A model generated the notes under the pieces. That model was not told where the DNA came from. It did no database searches and saw nothing but the letters and a program-made list of their open reading frames with translations. Source: Candidatus Eiseniibacteriota bacterium (lineage in GTDB: Bacteria > Arandabacterota > Arandabacteria > Arandabacterales > Arandabacteraceae). Taken from it: 50,652 nucleotides of DNA. Shown here piece after piece: positions 18,469 to 29,646 of this stretch (positions are counted from its first letter, which is position 1; every line of letters begins with the position of its first letter). The stretch covers positions 1 through 50,652 of the forward strand of contig JBDRNT010000028.1 of the NCBI GenBank assembly GCA_043810925.1, given 5' to 3'. A program made the position numbers and the translations under genes.

Positions 18469-19539
18469 GTGAGTGAGAGAACCGTCAAAGCACTGAAGAC
18501 CCAGTTCAAGCGGAAGCCCGGTGATTCCACTGCGCTTCACGAGCTTGTCGTCGCCCTCCGGTCTGCAGGCAAGTACGATCAGGCGATCTCGCTGCTTGAG
18601 AGGTTCCTGTCGGAGAACCCCGGCCATTTCGCGACGATGATAACTTACGGCGAAACCCTGCTGGACGTGCGCTCATATGAAGAATCGATAGCCGTTTTCA
18701 GGAGGGCCTGTGATGCCCAACCGTGTGCGGAGGCCCACTACAGCCTGGCGCGGGCACTGGATCTCAGGGGCGTGTACGAGGAGGCGATCAAGGAACATAA
18801 TGCCGCCATCCGGCTTGAACCGGAATGTGCGGAGGCCTACTACCGGCTGGGGATGACATATACGCGAGGCGGCAAGCACGAGGACGCCCTGACGGCCTTT
18901 CAGAAGTGCCTGAGGTATGACCAGTCCTGTGCGAAAGCCCACAGCGAGATGGCCTTGCTCTATGATAAGAAGGGACAGAAAGACCTTGCGATAGTCGAGC
19001 TGAAGAAGGCGGTTGAAAAAGACCCGCGTAACGCACAGTGGCACTGCAACCTTGGTGCTGTCTATGGTGATGAACGGATGTTCAATGAGGCGATCGAGGA
19101 ATTCAGGATTGCGATTTCACTCGGGGGTGACGGCGCCGAAGAGCATTACAACCTCGGTGTTGCCCTGAGTAATAGGGGCGATGTCGAGGAGGCCACGGTG
19201 GAGTTCAGGAAAGCTCTGAGTATCGATCCCAAGTCGTCCAAGACGTTGTTTCACCTCGGGCTGGCCTACCTTCGCAAAGGACTGTACGCCAAGGCGATCC
19301 GGTCCCTTACCAAGTGCTTGAATGTCGATGCCGACAACGCGAAGGCATACTTCTACCTCGGTTCGGCCTATCTCGGCAAGGGTGATGTTGATGATGCGAT
19401 AGCCTCGCTTGAGCGTGCCGTCGCGATCCAGTCTCAAGACTGGAGAGGTTACTACTACCTTGGCGTTGCATACGATCACAAGGGTGACGGGCAGAGAGCC
19501 AGGGAAGCCTACAAAAAGGCAGAGAGTCTTCACCGGTGA
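18469..19539 (+). CDS. tetratricopeptide repeat protein
   Basis: About 10 tandem 34-aa TPRs (AEAHYSLA, AEAYYRLG, HYNLG, AKAYFYLG). GTG start after GAGGTG. Confidence 0.9.
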   Translation: MSERTVKALKTQFKRKPGDSTALHELVVALRSAGKYDQAISLLERFLSENPGHFATMITYGETLLDVRSYEESIAVFRRACDAQPCAEAHYSLARALDLRGVYEEAIKEHNAAIRLEPECAEAYYRLGMTYTRGGKHEDALTAFQKCLRYDQSCAKAHSEMALLYDKKGQKDLAIVELKKAVEKDPRNAQWHCNLGAVYGDERMFNEAIEEFRIAISLGGDGAEEHYNLGVALSNRGDVEEATVEFRKALSIDPKSSKTLFHLGLAYLRKGLYAKAIRSLTKCLNVDADNAKAYFYLGSAYLGKGDVDDAIASLERAVAIQSQDWRGYYYLGVAYDHKGDGQRAREAYKKAESLHR

Positions 19540-20393
19540 TTTCACTGCGGGCCTGCCGGCACGTTCTCGTGCTTCTGAGACTGCACAACTGCGTGATTGC
19601 CTGGGGCTCGGTCGCGCTGGGCTCGTTCCTGGCAGGCGGCACGATCGGTTACGAGTCTATGACGGCCTCTTTGATGGCGTTCTTCGTCTGCGCGGGAGGC
19701 TATGCACTGAATGACATCTTTGATGTCGAGACTGACAGAGTGATAAAACCCTGGCGGCCGCTTGTCGGCAACCGGCTCAGGCGTGAGACTGCGGTCACGG
19801 TCGTCATCGCGGTCTGGGCAATCGGATGCGGTTTCGCCCTGCTTTCCGGCCGCTCGGCGGTGGGATTCTTCCTGGGCTGGGCCGTTCTTCTTTACCTCTA
19901 TTCCTGGAAGATCAAGTCGTATGGCGTGGCAGGTCCGATTGTCGTCAGCTTCTTCGCCTCGTCCGGTTTCCTGCTGGGGGGGCTGACCGGCGGCAGTCTG
20001 GGTGCGGCGGTCTTTCCATTTGTGATTGCCATGTCGCTGCACATGGCCAGGGAGACCGTCAAGAGTGTAGCCGATATCAGAGGTGACTCGAAGGCCGGCA
20101 TATCCACGGTGGCGGTCCGACTCGGGGCAAGGAAGACTCTGGGGCTATCGCTCGGGTGTATCGCCGCGGTGATCATAACGAGTCTGCTGCCGTTTGTGCT
20201 GCGGGTTTATGGCTATCTCTACTTGCTGCCCGTGGTGATGGTGGTCTATCCGTTGCTTGCGGTCTGCATCTATCTGATAACCAGAGCACGGATCGACCTG
20301 AACCGCGCCGAGCGGAACTCCGGCTCGGTCACGACGCTTCTCAAAGTTGCGATGCCGATCGGTCTTGCAGCGCTCCTTCTGGCGGGGATCTAA
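19536..20393 (+). CDS. UbiA-family prenyltransferase, DGGGP synthase-like
   Basis: GYALNDIFDVETDRVIKPWRPL, YLYSWKIK and ARETVKSVADIRGD..AG..T match the pattern of the digeranylgeranylglyceryl phosphate synthase subfamily. Confidence 0.8.
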   Translation: MISLRACRHVLVLLRLHNCVIAWGSVALGSFLAGGTIGYESMTASLMAFFVCAGGYALNDIFDVETDRVIKPWRPLVGNRLRRETAVTVVIAVWAIGCGFALLSGRSAVGFFLGWAVLLYLYSWKIKSYGVAGPIVVSFFASSGFLLGGLTGGSLGAAVFPFVIAMSLHMARETVKSVADIRGDSKAGISTVAVRLGARKTLGLSLGCIAAVIITSLLPFVLRVYGYLYLLPVVMVVYPLLAVCIYLITRARIDLNRAERNSGSVTTLLKVAMPIGLAALLLAGI

Positions 20394-20394
20394 G

Positions 20395-21201
20395 ATGGTT
20401 GTGATTGACGAGATGCTTAAGGCAGCCGCACTCGGAATTGTCCAGGCGTTGACCGAGTTTCTGCCGGTCAGCTCAAGCGGGCATATGGTGATTGCCAAGA
20501 CATTGCTCGGGATAAACGAGGAGCACATTTCCATTGAGGTCGTCACGCATTTTGCCACGGCCCTCGCGGTACTGATCTACCTGAGACACCGCGTGGTGGA
20601 AATCCTGCGCGCTGTGGGAACAAGGTTGACCGTGCGGCGTGAAGATATGACGGAACACCAGCAAAAGGACTTCAGGCTCCTTCTTCTGGTGATCGTGGGT
20701 ACGATCCCTGCTGCTATAGTGGGGTTGGCGGCGAGAGACCACATAGGCCGTTTCTTTGAGGATGTGACGACCACATCGACAATGCTGATCGTGACCGGTG
20801 TCTTTGTGCTGGTCTCGGGACGTCTCGGCAGACCGGGCGCGTCACTTGGTCTCGTGCGGGCACTGATCGTGGGTATCGGACAGGCGTTCGCGATCATCCC
20901 CGGCATCTCGAGATCGGGTTTCACGGTCGGCACCGGTCTGCTTGCCGGTCTCGAGAGGAAGGAGGCATTTGAATTCTCGCTTCTCCTGTCGCTGCCCGCA
21001 ATCATCGGGGCCTCAACCATCGAAGTTGTATCCGGGCGAGTGGGAGGGGAGCCTGCCATCCTTCTTGCCGCGGCCTTACCGGCGTTCGGAGGGGGCTACC
21101 TCGCCATCTCACTCCTCTTCAGAGCAATCGTCCGGAACAGGTTTCATATGTTCGCCTACTACCTCATCCCCCTCGGCATAGCCCTCCTCATCTTCCGGTA
21201 G
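20395..21201 (+). CDS. uppP: undecaprenyl-diphosphate phosphatase
   Basis: GIVQALTEFLPVSSSGH and QAFAIIPGISRSG motifs. Confidence 0.95.
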   Translation: MVVIDEMLKAAALGIVQALTEFLPVSSSGHMVIAKTLLGINEEHISIEVVTHFATALAVLIYLRHRVVEILRAVGTRLTVRREDMTEHQQKDFRLLLLVIVGTIPAAIVGLAARDHIGRFFEDVTTTSTMLIVTGVFVLVSGRLGRPGASLGLVRALIVGIGQAFAIIPGISRSGFTVGTGLLAGLERKEAFEFSLLLSLPAIIGASTIEVVSGRVGGEPAILLAAALPAFGGGYLAISLLFRAIVRNRFHMFAYYLIPLGIALLIFR

Positions 21202-21322
21202 CATCGGGTCACCGCACCGGACGGATTTACGTGGCTGACTGCAGTATGGATGCACTATTGTGCATTTGTTGAATAATATCCCAGTAATACCGATTTCTAT
21301 CTGGGTTATCATACTTATTATG

Positions 21323-21352
21323 TTGACAAGACGCATATTATCATGCTATACT
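21323..21352 (+). promoter_or_regulatory. strong sigma70 promoter of a short stand-alone transcript
   Basis: TTGACA, 18 nt spacer, TATACT, with an extended TG and AT-rich upstream DNA. Confidence 0.7.
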
Positions 21353-21426
21353 GCGCACCGTCGGAGACAACGTGGGTGGTATTGCGTCGGCAGAGCGAAA
21401 ATCCGTCGCTGGAGGTGGCGTGTACA

Positions 21427-21564
21427 ATGCATGACCCTGGTGGCTTGCCGGCCGTGTGGCTGGGAGGAGCTCCGGGTCTTGGTGGGGTGCGCGGCGGTTG
21501 CTGGGGCCCGGTTCCGCCCGGGCCGAGCACGTGGGGTGACATCACGATGATGTACGGGGAGTAG
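21427..21564 (+). CDS. putative 45-aa Gly/Pro-rich peptide ending STWGDITMMYGE
   Basis: GGAGG lies 11 nt upstream of the ATG. The ORF sits between a promoter and a terminator. Its C-terminus resembles a (S/T)WGxIKxxY tail motif. Confidence 0.45.
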   Translation: MHDPGGLPAVWLGGAPGLGGVRGGCWGPVPPGPSTWGDITMMYGE

Positions 21565-21625
21565 AGAACCAATTGCCCGAGATCCATCCCTCATGCAGAG
21601 ATCGGTGAGATCGAAAGGGCACGAA

Positions 21626-21654
21626 GAGGGGTGCCTCCCGGCACCCCTCGTTTC
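21626..21654 (+). terminator. intrinsic terminator-like hairpin
   Basis: GAGGGGTGCC-tccc-GGCACCCCTC is a perfect 10-bp stem, followed by gtttc (weak U tract). Confidence 0.65.
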
Positions 21655-21672
21655 ATACCACCTACAATTATG

Positions 21673-21701
21673 TTGACCCGCCGGGCAGGGGGGATTATCA
21701 T
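21673..21701 (+). promoter_or_regulatory. putative sigma70 promoter of the TPR-uvrA-gcv operon
   Basis: TTGACC, 17 nt spacer, TATCAT. Confidence 0.55.
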
Positions 21702-21755
21702 ACCGAAAAACCCTCTTGAATGTTTTCCGTTGGGAAGTGTCGAGGTTCTGTCAGG

Positions 21756-24700
21756 GTGAGACAATCTGTAGGTATGTTGATTGCTCTTCTGCTTTGTGCG
21801 ATTCCTGTCCGGACGGCCGCCCGGGAGCCGTCGGACACGGATTTCATTGAATATCTTCAGAAGTCGAATCTTACGCATCTCTATGCAGCCGAGCTTCGGA
21901 ATCGGTGTCTTGAAGCGAATGACCTTGCCGCGTGCAATCAGTACCTGGCATTCCTGGAGCATAATCGTGAGACCGATCGTGCCATTGCCTTTACGGACAG
22001 CCTCAAGCGTGAAGACTCTCATGCCGACCTGGCCATCCGGCTGATGAAAGCGAGCGCCCTGGTCGATGCTTCAAGATACTCCGAGTCGGTCGAAATACTT
22101 GACGAGTTCATTGCCTCGCTTCCGCCCCGGGATTTTCTTATCCAGGCGGCATTCTTAAGAGCCCGGTGCCGGTTCGAGCTGGGACAGGTGGATGAAGCCC
22201 TGCTCAACCTGCGGTCGGTTGAACGCTTTGCGGCCGCCTCGCAGGCTGCGGTGTTCGCGGTCCTGCTGGGTGCGTGCGAAGAGGCGAAAGGCAACCTGGC
22301 GAGGGCGGAGACACTTTATCAAGAGGCGCTCGAGCAAGAAGGATCACGCGATGCCGCAATCGGTCTTCTGAGGTGCCGGCTCAAGCAGGGCCGCGTGGCG
22401 GGTTTCTTCGACCTGCGAACGGACATGATGAGCCGTGGTACCGCGCTGCCGCCGGGGCCCTCCCGCGAAATCGCAATCGCCGTCGGTGAGTTGATACCGG
22501 AAGTCTGGCACGTGCTGGCGGGTCCGGTGATGGCCGACTGCGGTCCGCGGAGCGATGCTTGTCGTGCCCTCGTGACCTCGGTAGTCCAGATTGCCGAGAG
22601 CGGGGAACCTGTCAAAGCGTATTGTGATTCCCTTCTGGCACTCGATTTACCGCCGGATCTTAAGCAGAGAGTCCGATACGCATGGGCGCTCTCACTGGCC
22701 GAGTCGACCTGGGCTGCCGACACACTTGCATCGCTTGCGAAGAGGGCGACACAGCCCGACCTCAAACTGCGGTATGCGTCCGCTGCGATCACGCCTGCGA
22801 GCGGTCAGGTCAGGCCTGCGCTTGCTGCGGGACTCGCACCAGGCATCCTTCGCTTCGCCGACCGGTTGTCGGCCGGCGAGCGTTTCGAACTTGCGTCCTT
22901 GCTTGTCGACGCGGGTCTCAACGAGGAGGCGGTCCGGCTGGCCGGAGCAGCCCGGGAGGGCCGCAAAGCGTATCCCCAATCGGTTGGTATGGCCATGGCC
23001 TCTCTGATGGAGCGTGCCGGCCAGACGACCAGAGCGCGGGATATCTATGAACTGGTAGGCGCGTCGCTCATACCCACCGGGTACAGTCTCGAAGGAGGGA
23101 AGCGCGCCTATCTCCTGATGGATACGAATTCAGCCTCGGCCGGGACGGAGGGATTGTCAACCGAGCTCGAACGAATCGCCAGCGAAGGGGCTTCCGACCT
23201 TGAACTGGGTGGTCTATTCGAACGCCTCAAGGACTTCGAACGGGCATCGAAACACTACCGGCGAGCGGTGGCTTCGCCTCAGGAGGGTACCCACCCGGAT
23301 GTCATAAAGGCCAAACTGATCGTCTCACTCGGTCGCCAGTGGATGGCTACCGGTGATGATACCGCGAGACGTGAGGCCATAGAACTCACGGATCAAATCG
23401 CAGACAGTCCCGAAGTAAGTCCTGCTGCGGTGAGGGCTGCACTCGAGATATCCACAGACTGGCTGCGTCTGGATCACGACCGCGCATTCCGGATCGCACA
23501 GAAGCTGAGCCACCGTGACGACCTCTCAAGCGGTGACCTTTACGAAAGCGCACGGATACTCTACACGCTCTTTCTCGAGCGCGACGGTAACGTCTATACC
23601 GAGTGCGTCCTGGCATTGAGAGGTCTTCTGGATGAGTTTCCCGGGTCACCCGATGCCCCGGGCGCAGCTCTGCTTCTGGGCAGGGCCAAGTTTGTGGCGG
23701 GGGACTATGTGGGCGCGCTTGAGGCGTACAAGTCCTGTCTGGCCAAATACGATGAGGATGAGATCAGACCTCTTTGCCGGTTGGGGGTGGGTGAGTGCTA
23801 CCTCTATTCGGGCGGGATCACCGATGCACTCTCGCATTTCAAGCAGGCCGGCAACTCACCTGAGGCCATGTACAACATCGCAATATGTCATGAGCTCATA
23901 GAAGAGGATGACTCGGCTCAGGTCTACTACAGAAGATCGCTTGCGCAACTCACTGATGTCTCGCTTGCAGGTGCCGCAAGTCTCAATCTGGGTCTTCTTG
24001 TGCTTGAAAGGGAAGGCCTGGATAAGGCCCTGGGCGAGCTCGACTCACCGCTTCCGGCGACCAGACAGCAACTGAGCATTGTGAGACGTGTGGTCAGGGC
24101 CTACGGCCTGGGGCTTGTGGGTTACAGGGTGCTTGCGGTCGAAGAACTCACACGAGTTGCCTCGGAGGGCGGGATGTTTGCCTGTGAAGCTCTCATCCTT
24201 GCGGCGTCGCTTGCCGGGCAGGATGACCCGACTGCGGCTTCTTCGCTTCTCGAACCCGGTCGCGAGCGGTGTGATGAGATCTTCGGGGTCTTCCGTCTGC
24301 TGGAGGACCGCGCGGCATACGCGTGCTCCGGCAGTTCACTTAAGCTCTGCAAGCAGGAGAGGATGGCCTTCAAGGAGCGCTTTCCGCTGGCTGAGCGGAG
24401 TCACCGCGGGCTGGACATAAGAACGCTCCTTCTCCTCTTCCGTGAGGGGGAAGGTGATAGTGCATCGGTCATGCTCGACGATCTGCTTGCAACCGGCCGG
24501 CAGCACGGTCTTTTGGCGGAGGCAATATACCGGAAGGGCATCGAGTACCTGGTTGCGGCCGACTACCGAAACGCGGTGGAGACTTTCAGCGTGATCGAGC
24601 GCGACTACCCTGATCACGATCTCTATCGTGATGCGTGCTTTAAGCTCGGGACCGCATACTACATGTCGGAAGGTTATGATTCATCCGCGATCTATTTCGA

Positions 24701-25265
24701 GCTGGCCACGGAGTCCCGGGAGGCTTCACTTGTCGAGAACGCGTTTTTCAATCTCGGTCTTGCACGTGAGAAGTACGGTGACCTTGAAGGTGCTGCACGG
24801 GCTTTCTGGTCGGTTGCAGTGAGATTCCCTCTGTCGGAGAGGTTCGAAAGATCACTTATGAGAACCGCGTACTCGCTTCAGCGGGCCGGCAAACCCGCGG
24901 AAGCGCTTCCCATCTACAAGGGGATCCTCAACTACGCCGGAGATCGGGAGACAGCGGCCGAGGCCTTGTACTGGATGGGTGAGTCATTCTCGGAAATGGG
25001 AGACCACCTGAGGGCGGCCGTCGAGTTTATGAGGGTCGGCCACGAGTTTCCGGGGGAGGCGGCCTGGGCGGGGACATCCTGGTTCCGGGCGGGTAATGAG
25101 TGCGAAGCGGCCGGTCTTACCGATCATGCGGTGGCGATCTATGAACGGACAGTAAGTCGCTTCGGGAAACGCACGGACTGGGGAAAAGCATCCGCGGAGC
25201 GGCTGATCGCGATCATGGCGCAGGACCCCGGGGGGGAATCATCCCGGCATGAAGAGGGTCTCTGA
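21756..25265 (+). CDS. large exported TPR protein with CpoB/BamD-like repeats
   Basis: Signal peptide ([16 protein letters not shown]) and an all-helical TPR pattern, with C-terminal [18 protein letters not shown] repeats. The start is uncertain (21720, 21756 or 21774). Confidence 0.8.
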   Translation: MRQSVGMLIALLLCAIPVRTAAREPSDTDFIEYLQKSNLTHLYAAELRNRCLEANDLAACNQYLAFLEHNRETDRAIAFTDSLKREDSHADLAIRLMKASALVDASRYSESVEILDEFIASLPPRDFLIQAAFLRARCRFELGQVDEALLNLRSVERFAAASQAAVFAVLLGACEEAKGNLARAETLYQEALEQEGSRDAAIGLLRCRLKQGRVAGFFDLRTDMMSRGTALPPGPSREIAIAVGELIPEVWHVLAGPVMADCGPRSDACRALVTSVVQIAESGEPVKAYCDSLLALDLPPDLKQRVRYAWALSLAESTWAADTLASLAKRATQPDLKLRYASAAITPASGQVRPALAAGLAPGILRFADRLSAGERFELASLLVDAGLNEEAVRLAGAAREGRKAYPQSVGMAMASLMERAGQTTRARDIYELVGASLIPTGYSLEGGKRAYLLMDTNSASAGTEGLSTELERIASEGASDLELGGLFERLKDFERASKHYRRAVASPQEGTHPDVIKAKLIVSLGRQWMATGDDTARREAIELTDQIADSPEVSPAAVRAALEISTDWLRLDHDRAFRIAQKLSHRDDLSSGDLYESARILYTLFLERDGNVYTECVLALRGLLDEFPGSPDAPGAALLLGRAKFVAGDYVGALEAYKSCLAKYDEDEIRPLCRLGVGECYLYSGGITDALSHFKQAGNSPEAMYNIAICHELIEEDDSAQVYYRRSLAQLTDVSLAGAASLNLGLLVLEREGLDKALGELDSPLPATRQQLSIVRRVVRAYGLGLVGYRVLAVEELTRVASEGGMFACEALILAASLAGQDDPTAASSLLEPGRERCDEIFGVFRLLEDRAAYACSGSSLKLCKQERMAFKERFPLAERSHRGLDIRTLLLLFREGEGDSASVMLDDLLATGRQHGLLAEAIYRKGIEYLVAADYRNAVETFSVIERDYPDHDLYRDACFKLGTAYYMSEGYDSSAIYFELATESREASLVENAFFNLGLAREKYGDLEGAARAFWSVAVRFPLSERFERSLMRTAYSLQRAGKPAEALPIYKGILNYAGDRETAAEALYWMGESFSEMGDHLRAAVEFMRVGHEFPGEAAWAGTSWFRAGNECEAAGLTDHAVAIYERTVSRFGKRTDWGKASAERLIAIMAQDPGGESSRHEEGL

Positions 25266-28138
25266 TGCCCGGGGACAAGATAAAGGACCATATAGTAGTA
25301 AAGGGTGCGAGGGAGCATAATCTTAAGTCGATAGACGTGAAAATCCCCCGGGACAAGATCACGGTTATAACGGGTCTGAGCGGCTCGGGCAAATCCTCGC
25401 TGGCATTTGACACGATCTATGCCGAAGGCCAGCGACGTTACGTTGAATCCCTCTCTGCGTATGCGCGGCAATTCCTCGGGCAGATGGAAAAACCCGACGT
25501 CGACTATATCGAGGGACTTTCTCCCGCCATAAGCATAGAACAGCGTGTTGCGGGCACGAATCCAAGATCAACCGTCGGCACGGTCACCGAGATTTATGAC
25601 TATCTCCGGCTGCTCTTCGCAAGGGTGGGGACACCGCACTGCTACAAGTGCGGCAGAGCGATCTCGCGTCAGACTGCAGACCAGATGGTCGACCGCATCC
25701 TGGAATTCGAAGACGGGGACGCAGTCCAGGTAATGGCGCCGCTTGTACGAGGCAGGAAAGGCGAACACCGCAAGCTGCTTGAACGGGCCAAGAAGGAAGG
25801 ATTCGTCAGGGTGAGGATTGACGGCCGGCTCCACGACCTTGATCGCAGGATCAAACTGGATAAGAACAGGAAGCATACGATAGATGTGGTCGTCGACAGG
25901 TTGAAGATGGAACCGGGTCTCAGGTCACGGGTGGCGGATTCCGTCGAGACTGCGCTCAAACTGGGTGGTGGTGTCGTGATTGTGAGCGGGCCGGACGGCC
26001 GGGAGATCGTACTCAGCCAGTTGTTTGCCTGCGTGGATTGCGGGATCGGTTTTCCGGAGATTTCACCCCGTATGTTCTCCTTTAACAGCCCCTACGGGGC
26101 GTGCGAGACCTGTGACGGCATTGGGCGGAAGCTCGAAGTAGATCCGACGCTGGTCGTGCCCGACGGTCATGTATCGCTTGCTCAAGGGGCGGTGGTTCCG
26201 TGGGGGAAGCGAAGAGGCAGTATGACGTGGGGGATGATCGAGTCGGTTGCGGAGCGCTACGGTATCTCGCTGGATACGCCGTTTGATGATCTTCCGGAGC
26301 CCCAAAGGCGGATAATGCTTCGCGGTACGGGTGATGAAAGCGTCAGTTTCAAGATAAAGGGCAGCCGCAGCCGCTATGAGTATCTCTCGCCCTTCGAGGG
26401 CGTGGTACACAACCTCGAGAGACGCTTTGTCGAGACGGATTCGGACGATATACGCTCCTGGATCGGACAGTTCATGGCAATGAGACCTTGCCCGGGTTGC
26501 GAGGGTGCACGGCTCAAACCCCAGAGTCTTTCAGTCAAACTCGCCGGCAGCAATATCAACGAAGTGACCGGTCTGTCGGTGGACAAGGCTCTCGGGTTCT
26601 TCTCCGGACTCAGTTTCAGGGGCACGGCCGCGAAGGTCGCATCTCCGATCGTAAAGGAGATAAAGGACAGGCTCAGGTTCATGTCCGATGTCGGACTTTC
26701 CTACCTCACGCTCGGCAGGTCGGCTTCCACTCTGGCCGGTGGCGAGCTCCAGAGGATAAGACTGGCGACCCAGATCGGATCCAGCCTCGTCGGAGTGCTC
26801 TACGTACTCGACGAGCCGAGCATCGGGCTTCACATGCGTGACAACCGGAGGCTGCTTGATACGCTGACGCGATTGAGAGACCTGGGCAATACAGTTGTGG
26901 TCGTCGAGCACGACCGTGAGACCATACTCTCGGCAGACTATGTGATCGATCTCGGACCCGGTGCGGGGAAGGACGGGGGCAGGGTCGTCGCCGTCGGAAC
27001 GCCGGAGGCCATAAAGAAGACGCGGACTTCGCTTACCGGCAGGTATCTGACAGGAGAAAAGCGGATTCCGACACCCTCCAGCCGGAGGACGGGAAGCGGG
27101 CAGTCGCTTGTCATACGCGGTGCACGTCAGTTCAATCTCAAAGACATAGATGTCGCTATACCCCTGGGTGCTCTCACCTGTGTGACCGGCGTTTCGGGTT
27201 CGGGGAAAAGCACACTCGTCAACGAGATTCTCTACAGGGCCCTTGCCAGACAGTTCTACAGGTCGAAGGACGAACCCGGGGAGCATGACGCAGTCGAAGG
27301 TACGGATCTCCTGGACAAAGTCATAGATATCGACCAGTCACCGATAGGAAGAACACCGCGGTCTAATCCCGCGACCTACACCGGTCTCTTCTCACCCATA
27401 CGGGAGGTCTTTGCACGGGTGCCCGAGGCGAAGATGAAAGGTTACAAACCGGGACGGTTCAGCTTCAATGTAAAGGGCGGCAGATGTGAGGCATGCAGAG
27501 GCGACGGCGTAACGAAGATCGAAATGCACTTCCTGCCTGATGTCTACGTAAGGTGTGACGTGTGCAAGGGGAAACGCTACGAACGGGAGACTCTCGAGAT
27601 CAGGTACAAGGGCAAGAGCATAGCGGAAGTCCTGGAAACAACGGTCGCCGAGGCGCGGGAATTCTTCGAGAATATTCCGAACGTCAAGCGAAAGCTGGAC
27701 ACGCTCTATGATGTCGGTCTGGGTTACATCCATCTGGGCCAGCCCGCAACAACGCTTTCAGGCGGTGAAGCCCAGCGTGTGAAGCTTGCCCGCGAGCTAT
27801 CGAAAGTGAGCACCGGCCGGACCCTGTACATACTGGATGAGCCGACCACGGGTCTCCATTTCGAGGACACGCTCATGTTGCTCGGCGTGCTCAACCGGCT
27901 GGTGGACAGGGGCAATACCGTTGTTGTTATCGAACACAACCCGGACTGCATAAAGGTTGCGGATCACATAGTCGATCTCGGCCCCGAGGGTGGGGATGAC
28001 GGGGGCCGGATCGTTGCCGAGGGTACACCTGAGGAAATCTCGCTGTGCCGTGATTCGTATACGGGTGAGGTTCTGAGGCGTATCTTCGAAGACGAATCCG
28101 AGCTCTATGATCTTGAAAAGAAGATGACATCACGTTAG
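25265..28138 (+). CDS. uvrA: excinuclease ABC subunit A
   Basis: GAREHNLK, two Walker A motifs ([16 protein letters not shown]), Zn fingers and LSGGEAQR. Confidence 0.98.
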   Translation: MPGDKIKDHIVVKGAREHNLKSIDVKIPRDKITVITGLSGSGKSSLAFDTIYAEGQRRYVESLSAYARQFLGQMEKPDVDYIEGLSPAISIEQRVAGTNPRSTVGTVTEIYDYLRLLFARVGTPHCYKCGRAISRQTADQMVDRILEFEDGDAVQVMAPLVRGRKGEHRKLLERAKKEGFVRVRIDGRLHDLDRRIKLDKNRKHTIDVVVDRLKMEPGLRSRVADSVETALKLGGGVVIVSGPDGREIVLSQLFACVDCGIGFPEISPRMFSFNSPYGACETCDGIGRKLEVDPTLVVPDGHVSLAQGAVVPWGKRRGSMTWGMIESVAERYGISLDTPFDDLPEPQRRIMLRGTGDESVSFKIKGSRSRYEYLSPFEGVVHNLERRFVETDSDDIRSWIGQFMAMRPCPGCEGARLKPQSLSVKLAGSNINEVTGLSVDKALGFFSGLSFRGTAAKVASPIVKEIKDRLRFMSDVGLSYLTLGRSASTLAGGELQRIRLATQIGSSLVGVLYVLDEPSIGLHMRDNRRLLDTLTRLRDLGNTVVVVEHDRETILSADYVIDLGPGAGKDGGRVVAVGTPEAIKKTRTSLTGRYLTGEKRIPTPSSRRTGSGQSLVIRGARQFNLKDIDVAIPLGALTCVTGVSGSGKSTLVNEILYRALARQFYRSKDEPGEHDAVEGTDLLDKVIDIDQSPIGRTPRSNPATYTGLFSPIREVFARVPEAKMKGYKPGRFSFNVKGGRCEACRGDGVTKIEMHFLPDVYVRCDVCKGKRYERETLEIRYKGKSIAEVLETTVAEAREFFENIPNVKRKLDTLYDVGLGYIHLGQPATTLSGGEAQRVKLARELSKVSTGRTLYILDEPTTGLHFEDTLMLLGVLNRLVDRGNTVVVIEHNPDCIKVADHIVDLGPEGGDDGGRIVAEGTPEEISLCRDSYTGEVLRRIFEDESELYDLEKKMTSR

Positions 28139-28150
28139 TGTATGTAGTTC

Positions 28151-29242
28151 TTGGGAGGACTATTGGAGACAAAAAAGACACCGCTTTATGAGAGGCAGGT
28201 CGCCCTGGGGGGGAGGCTGGTGGAATTTGCCGGCTTTCTCATGCCTGTTGAATTCACCGGGGTCGTTGACGAGCATATGAGTGTCAGACGCGAGGTGGGC
28301 ATCTTCGATGTGTCCCATATGGGAGAGATATCCATATCGGGTGACCGTGCCCTCGATTATGTCGGCAGGCTTACAACGAATGATGCTGCGGGGCTGGACC
28401 CTTTCCAGGCCCAGTACACCCTGATGCTCAACGACGACGGCGGGGTGATCGATGATTTGCTTGTCTACATAAGGAAGTACGACTACCTGCTGGTGGTCAA
28501 CGCGGCCAACACCGGCAGGGTGCTGGCATGGGTGACGGACCATGCTCCCGATGATGTACGCATTGAAAACCTCAGCGAGGAGACGGGGCTGATCGCGCTT
28601 CAGGGGCCGGGAGCCAAAGATGTGATGTCGCAGGTATGCGTCGATAACGTTGCGGGTCTCGATAGCTTCCGTTCCATGGGAGCGACAATCGGTGATGCAC
28701 CGTGTCTTGTTTCGCGGACCGGCTATACCGGAGAGGACGGTTTCGAAATCTTCACCAATGCTTCGAGCGCGGGCGATGTCTGGGACACGCTGATGGACGT
28801 GCAGCCCGTACCCAAGCCGTGCGGTCTGGGGGCAAGGGACACGCTGCGTCTTGAGATGGCCTTCAGGCTCCATGGCAGTGACATGGATGAAAGCACCACG
28901 CCCTTTGAAGCAGGGCTCGGCTGGACCGTCAAACTGGACAAGGGTGACTTCTACGGACGGGATGCATTGGTCCGCCAGAAGGAGAGCGGGATACCGAAAA
29001 AGCTCATAGGCTTAAGATCGGACGCCAGACGGTTTGCGAGACGCGGCTCGAAAGTCCGGTCGGGTGGAGAGGAGATAGGGGAAGTGACAAGCGGAGGCTT
29101 CTCGCCTTCACTTAAGTGCGGTATCGCGCTTGCCTATGTTCGATCGGACTATGCCAAACGCAGTACCGACTTCGAGATTGACGTCAGAGGCCGGCTCATT
29201 GATGCGAAGTATGAGAAGGGGCCTTTTTACAGGAAAACGTAG
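28151..29242 (+). CDS. gcvT: glycine cleavage aminomethyltransferase T
   Basis: KTPLY, FDVSHMGE, SRTGYTGEDGFE and GLGARDTLRLE motifs. The start may be TTG 28163. Confidence 0.96.
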   Translation: MGGLLETKKTPLYERQVALGGRLVEFAGFLMPVEFTGVVDEHMSVRREVGIFDVSHMGEISISGDRALDYVGRLTTNDAAGLDPFQAQYTLMLNDDGGVIDDLLVYIRKYDYLLVVNAANTGRVLAWVTDHAPDDVRIENLSEETGLIALQGPGAKDVMSQVCVDNVAGLDSFRSMGATIGDAPCLVSRTGYTGEDGFEIFTNASSAGDVWDTLMDVQPVPKPCGLGARDTLRLEMAFRLHGSDMDESTTPFEAGLGWTVKLDKGDFYGRDALVRQKESGIPKKLIGLRSDARRFARRGSKVRSGGEEIGEVTSGGFSPSLKCGIALAYVRSDYAKRSTDFEIDVRGRLIDAKYEKGPFYRKT

Positions 29243-29260
29243 GGATAGAAAGGAGATACA

Positions 29261-29641
29261 GTGATGATTCCGGACGATCTGCGTTACTCCGACAAGCACG
29301 AATGGGTCAAGGCCGATGGTGACATCGCTACGGTGGGCATAACGGACTATGCCCAGACCCAGCTGGGTGACATCGTCTATGTCGAGCTTCCCTCGGTGGG
29401 AACCAAGGTCGAGGCTGCAGCATCGTTTGGTACGATCGAGGCGGTCAAGGCGGTAAGCGATCTCTACTGTCCGGTCTCAGGCGAAGTCGTTGAGGTGAAC
29501 GACAACGTCACCGCCGATCCTGCCGTAATCAAGTCGTCACCGTACGGGGACGGGTGGATGGTAAAGGTCAGGATGGATAAGAAGGAAGAACTTGATTCGC
29601 TCCTCAGCGCGGGCAAGTACCGCGAGCTTACCGGGGAGTAA
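29261..29641 (+). CDS. gcvH: glycine cleavage H protein
   Basis: HEW, GITDYAQTQLGDIVYV, lipoyl-Lys in EAVKAVSD, and SPYGDGW. Confidence 0.97.
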   Translation: MMIPDDLRYSDKHEWVKADGDIATVGITDYAQTQLGDIVYVELPSVGTKVEAAASFGTIEAVKAVSDLYCPVSGEVVEVNDNVTADPAVIKSSPYGDGWMVKVRMDKKEELDSLLSAGKYRELTGE

Positions 29642-29646
29642 CCGAC

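Noticed and set aside
21355-21650. Known ncRNA (tmRNA, RNase P, SRP, 6S, tRNA)
   Set aside because: No conserved hallmark sequences were recognised. A novel sRNA is not excluded.
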